DNA from: Eledone cirrhosa
Taxonomy: Eukaryota
Direction of reading: 5' to 3'
Assembly (NCBI GenBank): GCA_964016885.1
Contig: OZ024743.1
Coordinates: forward strand, 101,122,001-101,186,000
Length of the DNA stretch: 64,000 nucleotides
Position numbers and translations under genes: made by a program. How positions within the stretch are numbered: the stretch's first letter is position 1; every line of letters begins with the position of its first letter. Below the pieces are notes generated by a model. That model made no database searches. It saw only the letters and a program-made list of their open reading frames with translations, and had not been told where the DNA came from. Shown here piece after piece: positions 55,030-64,000 of this stretch.

Positions 55030-55372
55030 GCTGTTGAACATCATCTGGTTTGCCAGCACTGTGGTCGAGCCTGTCTGAGCAAAGCTGGTTTGACTAGACA
55101 TGAACAAAGTCATATCCGTAGACCTCATGTAGATTATGATCTGCAAAGGTGTAAGGAGTGTGGCAAGAAATGTGCATGGGAGGTCTTAAAAGACACATGA
55201 GAACACACAGTCAGAACAAAGCAGTGGAGAGTCCCAGAGGAGCCTACAGTTGCCATGTGTATGCCGGAGAGTGCAAGTCTTTGGCTGGTTTAAAGAGCCA
55301 CATTCGTGCCTCACATTTTTGAGCATTTTATCAGGTGAAGACAATGCTCGAACACGAGTTTGCAGCCATCAT
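55030..55372 (+). mobile_element. LINE C-terminal fragment with three degenerate C2H2 zinc fingers and the family 3' end
   Basis: Manual translation VCQHCGRACLSKAGLTRHEQSH, CKECGKKC..LKRHMRTH, CHV..ECKSLAGLKSHIRA, followed by ctcgaacacgagtttgcagcca. Confidence 0.65.
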
Positions 55373-55668
55373 TTATGTAGAAGGTCACTCTGATATAAAA
55401 CCTGCGACTTCGTTTGCATCCAGTAATGTAGACCAGATCTTTTATTTGGGTAAATCCATTCAATGTTCAGAGAGTGGGACTGGCACCGTGCAAAGCCTTT
55501 TCTCATTTAAAAAGGCTTCAAGCACAGGCATCACTTGATATGTGACATTCTTTGCCATGCATGGTATTGCTGGCCATAGGAAAGTCCCTAGCAGTACTAG
55601 GAAGTCACGTCCATGATGCTCGTGCTTAATTATCGAGCGAGGGCATTACTCGAAATCGAGTCGCAGCC

Positions 55669-55817
<149 letters not shown>

Positions 55818-56081
55818 TTTAGCTCCGACAGAGGTATATACATACAAGTATATGAATTTCAAGTTCCAGCAGATAGCAGAGGAAGTACTGTCCTGATGAT
55901 GGACAGAGCCTAAAATGTACATACACATTTGTCCCCGCCAGCCTCTGCTGGAATCCGCTAGACGGCGCTAACCGTCAGCCTTTCAATATTCATAGTTAGG
56001 CTTCCCAAATGTTTATTTATTAAACATATCGTATATCTTTAGATATACGAAATTCACATACTTATATTTATATATATATAC

Positions 56082-56140
<59 letters not shown>

Positions 56141-56149
56141 TATGAAAAT

Positions 56150-56295
56150 ATTCAGGATCCCGGATCTAGCTGTCGAAATGGCCGGAGTTCAGCCGTCGGG
56201 GTCCTGAATCTTTTCATATTACACACTCTACTACTCCAAGTATTGAGTACTCTGGTGGGTTGTAGTACATCTGGTATCTTACCACACCCTCTTTG

Positions 56296-56298
<3 letters not shown>
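56150..56298 (+). mobile_element. Diverged relative of the 25234-family pLTR 3' end between (TA)n tracts
   Basis: gtcGAAAtggccggagttcagccGTCggggtcc..actctactac..aagtattgagtac..ttaccaca; shorter fragment at ~58885-58917. Confidence 0.7.
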
Positions 56299-56337
<39 letters not shown>

Positions 56338-56407
56338 AGGGAAGTAACCAATCGTCCTTGTTATCTTATTTCACTATATATATATATATATATATATAAG
56401 AGAAATA

Positions 56408-56486
56408 GCTTTCTGAAGAGCCGATCTTTCCATTGGAAGTCCCCTGGATTTCCAATCTGTTGTGAGGCGAAACCGTCGGTAAAAGC
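56408..56486 (+). ncRNA. Canonical-core type I hammerhead motif in a (TA)n-flanked ~170-bp element
   Basis: gcttt-CTGAAGA-gcc..(ttggaa/ttccaa hairpin)..ggc-GAAA-ccgtcgg-TA-aaagc. Confidence 0.85.
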
Positions 56487-56611
56487 AATATGGATAGGTA
56501 AATATTTAAATTGTATTTTAATTTATTTTAAAAGAATGTTTAAAGTTTGCTTGTTCCGCTCATTTATGTGTGTATATATATATATATATATATACATAAA
56601 TATACATATGG

Positions 56612-56925
56612 GAATGAATCCTCCGTCGGTTTCGACAGTGAGCATCAGTTGAGTATTTCCCAGATAGACGTATCACTTAACGTAATAGCCAAGCCGAATC
56701 AGCTGAACATAATATCTGGTAAGGTTGCCCCTTTGAATTACAGGTACAATCTATTCGACGGTCTTCCACGTTGTTTCTGACTGTTTCTACCTCAATTTAG
56801 TTTCCAACGTTTGGGTTAACAGAAGGCTATAGTAAAGATACTTGACCAATTCGCCACAACACGGTGGGATCGAACCCGTCACCTCATGATTGCGAAGCGA
56901 ATTTCTTAACCACTAAGCTATGCCT
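56612..56925 (-). mobile_element. SINE family B, degenerate
   Basis: tRNA-like head (gggatcgaaccc..cttaaccactaagc on + strand) and shared 3' end cctccgtcggtttcgac. Confidence 0.6.
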
Positions 56926-57961
56926 GCTTCTATAAAAAGTGTAGATTATGATGTAATTAACTCTCCTGTTAATTGCCGAATGCTTTACCGTAAATTACTA
57001 CATTTCCCCAATACCTTTAAGGCCATCAAAATCCGATGCCAATAATGATGTTTTCTTTTCTTGTATATTTTTGTATTTGTTTTTTGTTTTTGTTTATCTT
57101 CAATGGCAAATCTTCTGAAGGAAATTTTATGATCTACGTACTAAAGCCTCGATAACGGCCTTATCATAAACTCTTCATTATTCATTTTATTTTTATTTTT
57201 ATTCTTTCTATTTGCTTGTAGTCATTGTTTAAACATTTTTTTTTCTGTTTTGGGGGAAATCTCTCAATATTTACGGATACAACATACTTCTTTCTCACTT
57301 TAAAGTTATATGTTTAATGCTGATCTCTGCGTAGTTACCGGCAAAATGAGAATATAATGTTGATAGTTTTTTTTTTTTTTCTGAGTGTATGTTTATATCT
57401 AGTTAGCTGTTTAATGCTCTCTCTATTAAATATGTAAATACTGACTTTACCTATTGAGATGACCACTTATCTTCTCATAAAAGATTATCTTCTCATGTAC
57501 GATGAGTCTAAAAGCCGAGTGGTTCTTAAAACCGGCCCGGACATCCGTTATTTATCAGGTCTTCCTTCACATAGTTCATTAATCCTAATGATATCAAACC
57601 GCCCGAAACCAGTTTGGATTTATGATACGAAACTACGCATTGTAAAATGTTTACCCTTGCATTAAAACCTTTCATCATAATTTTATTTGATAAATTTAAA
57701 AACCAATTTTCTGAATATTATTTTTCTAACGAAAACCTTTGTTATTTTAATAAATTTCCCCGGATGTTTGGTTATTTTCAAAATTAATTGAACACATTAG
57801 TAATGTATTTCATTAAAAATGCAGTAATGAAAGAGTTAATAAGTTGTTTGTGTTGTTATTGTGTACTCAGCCCAGCGATCATGGATATTTCCCAAATACA
57901 CATATAGTCAGTCCACTTCTGAAGAAGTCTGCCAATTGACGAGTCATGCTACCTATTTTTA

Positions 57962-58273
57962 GGCAGAGTTATTAGAACGTCAGATAGAATGTGTTGTAGT
58001 ATTCGTTCCGGCTCTCTGAGTTCAAATCCCACCGAGGTCAACTTTACCTTGCATCCATTAATGGTCGATACAAAAATGTACCAGTCAAGTACTGGGACCA
58101 ATTCTTCTTCTATATCTCTTTCTCACTCCCTTTCTCTCTCTATCCTTCTCTGGAAGAAATCTACTGTATTCAGGCCTAGAGAGGAGATGAGCTCTGCCAT
58201 GTTTAAAAAACCTCTAGCAACGCCGTATGTCAATATAACGCCCCTACGGCTCCTTAGGAGTCACGAGTCCATA
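57962..58273 (+). mobile_element. SINE family C
   Basis: A/B boxes, central ..catcc..ggtcgata..gtaccag, long tail ending ggagtcacgagtcc. Confidence 0.8.
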
Positions 58274-58449
58274 CCAAACTATCTATTTTGTGATTTAGTT
58301 AACTAATTACCCCATCCCCCCTAACCCTTCACATTTTAATTGATTGGTTGAAACTGTCCAATTCTACAAAACTTTTATCTGACATATTATTGTTTTTTGA
58401 ATGGTGCATTTTTTGCTACTTTAGTTATTGGGTAGGTTGTGTCATCGGG

Positions 58450-58781
58450 TATGGTCCCGTAACTCCTCATAAAGTCGTAGGGGTGCCGTATTGATATACG
58501 GCGTTTTGAGGGCATTTAAAACCTGGCGGAGCCCATCCTTCTCCAGGCTTGAGTACAGCAGATTTCTTCCAGGGAGAGATAGAGAGTGAGAGAGAGGAAA
58601 TAAGAAAGAGATATAGAGGAAGAATCGACCCCAGTATTAGACTAGTACTTTTTTTATCGACCTCGAAAGGATGAAAAGCAAAGTTGACCTCGACAGGATT
58701 TGAACTCAGATATCAAAGAGCCGAAATGAATACTGCAAAGCATTCTATCCGACGTTCTAATGACTCTGCCAATTCGCCGCC
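58450..58781 (-). mobile_element. SINE family C, full length
   Basis: Reverse complement of the 57962-58273 family. Confidence 0.82.
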
Positions 58782-58917
58782 TCGTATCAACGGGGATCGT
58801 CTGCTCTAAGTAGTTTGCACCAAAACCATCCTAACATATAGGCATAACATAAATACATAAATACTATACAAAACTAAACTATTGGAAAATGCCGGAGCTC
58901 AGCCGTCGGGGTCCTGA

Positions 58918-59595
<678 letters not shown>

Positions 59596-59599
59596 CACA

Positions 59600-62005
<2,406 letters not shown>

Positions 62006-62009
62006 ACAC

Positions 62010-64000
62010 ACACATGTAGATTACTATAGACCAACACATGTAGATTACTGTACACCAACACATGTAGATTACTGTACACCACACATGCAGGTTACTGTAC
62101 ACCACCCGTGCAGGTTACTGTACACCAACAGATGTAGATTACTGTACACCAACACATGTAGATTACTGTACACCAACACATGTAGATTACTGTACACCAA
62201 CACATGTAGATTACTGTACACCAACACATGTAGATTACTGTACACCACACATGTAGGTTACTGTACACCACACATGTAGATTACTGTACACCACACATGT
62301 AGGTTACTGTACACCACCCATGCAGGTTACTGTACACCACACATGCAGGTTACTGTACACCACACATGTAGATTACTGTACACCACACATGTAGGTTACT
62401 GTACACCACCCATGCAGGTTACTGTACACCAACAGATGTAGATTACTGTACACCAACAGATGTAGATTACTGTACACCAACACATGTAGATTACTGTACA
62501 CCAACACATGTAGATTACTGTACACCAACACATGTAGATTACTGTACACCACACATGCAGGTTACTGTACACCACACATGTAGATTACTGTACACCACAC
62601 ATGTAGGTTACTGTACACCACACATGTAGATTACTGTACACCAACACATGTAGATTACTGTACACCAACACATGTAGATTACTGTACACCAACACATGTA
62701 GATTACTGTACACCAACACATGTAGATTACTGTACACTACACATGTAGATTACTGTACACCACACATGTAGATTACTGTACACCAACACATGTAGATTAC
62801 TGTACACCAACACATGTAGATTACTGTACACCACACATGTAGATTACTGTACACCACACATGCAGGTTAGTGTACACCACACATGTAGATTACTGTACAC
62901 CAACACATGTAGATTACTGTACACCAACACATGTAGAATACTGTACACCAACACATGTAGAATACTGTACACCAACACATGTAGATTACTGTACACTACA
63001 CATGTAGATTACTGTACACCAACACATGTAGGTTACTATACACCTACACATGTAGGTTACTATACACCAACACATGCAAATTACTGTACACCACACATGT
63101 AGATTACTGTACACAAACATGTAGATTACTATACTCCGCACATGTAGATTACTATACACTAACACATCTAGATTATTATACACTAAGACATGCAGATTAC
63201 TATACACCAAAACATGTCGATTACTGTACACCACACATGTAGGTTACTGTACACCACAGATGTAGGTTACTGTACACCACACATGTAGATTAATGTATAG
63301 CACACATGTAGATTACTATACACCACACATGTAAATTACTGTACAGAAACACATGTAGATTAATGTACACCACACATGTATGTTACTGTACACCAACAGG
63401 TAGATTACTGTACACCACACCTGTAGGTTACTGTACACCACACATGTAGGTTACTATACACCAACACATGCAGAATACTATACACCAGCACATGTAGATT
63501 ACTGTACACCACACATGTAGATTACTGTACACCAACACATGTAGATTACTATACACCAACACATGTATATTACTGTACACCAACACATGTAGGTTACTGT
63601 ACAGCAACACATGTAGGTTACTGTACACAAACACATGTATATTATTATACTCCAACACATGTAGATTACTATACAGCAACACATGTATGTTACTGTACAC
63701 CACACATGTAGATTATTATACTCCAACACATGTCGATTACTGTACACCACACATGTAGGTTACTGTACAGCAACACATGTAGATTACTATACACCAACAC
63801 ATGTAGATTACTATACTCCAACACATGTCGATTACTGTACACCACACATGTAGGTTACTGTACAGCAACACATGTAGATTACTATACACCAACACATGTA
63901 AGTTACTGTACAGCAACACATGTAGGTTACTGTATACCACACATGTAGGTTACTGTACACTACACATGTAGGTTACTGTACACCACACATGTAGATTAAT
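62010..64000. repeat. Tandem satellite, 23/24-bp unit CA(A)CACATGTAG(A/G)TTACTGTACAC; runs off the right edge
   Basis: Continuous tandem array; more diverged after ~63000. Confidence 0.97.

Overview
Eukaryotic, AT-rich and almost entirely repetitive DNA with no intact protein-coding gene I can recognise. The SINE families and the density of (TA)n/(CA)n microsatellites suggest an octopod cephalopod; this is recalled resemblance, not a database result. The window is bracketed by satellites: 20-bp unit at 1-9350, 17-bp unit at 9356-9900 and 23/24-bp unit at 62010-64000. Between them lie two decayed Penelope-like elements (RT + GIY-YIG) of different types, CR1-, Tx1/L1-, RTE- and HERO-like LINE relics, a Helitron, a mariner deletion derivative, MITEs and many tRNA-derived SINEs. 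The main signal not shown by the ORF track is at least 15 type-I hammerhead ribozyme motifs from roughly 9 sequence families. They sit in short non-coding elements inserted into (TA)n/(CA)n tracts, and many of these elements have a fold-back architecture (inverted arm + direct arm + extra tail). This looks like a diverse set of Penelope-derived, retrozyme-like non-autonomous elements, some with non-canonical cores. Also notable are a SINE dimer and a SINE trimer, each bounded by a single target-site duplication. Most ORFs in the supplied track are translations of simple repeats. All coordinates and RNA pairings were read by eye.
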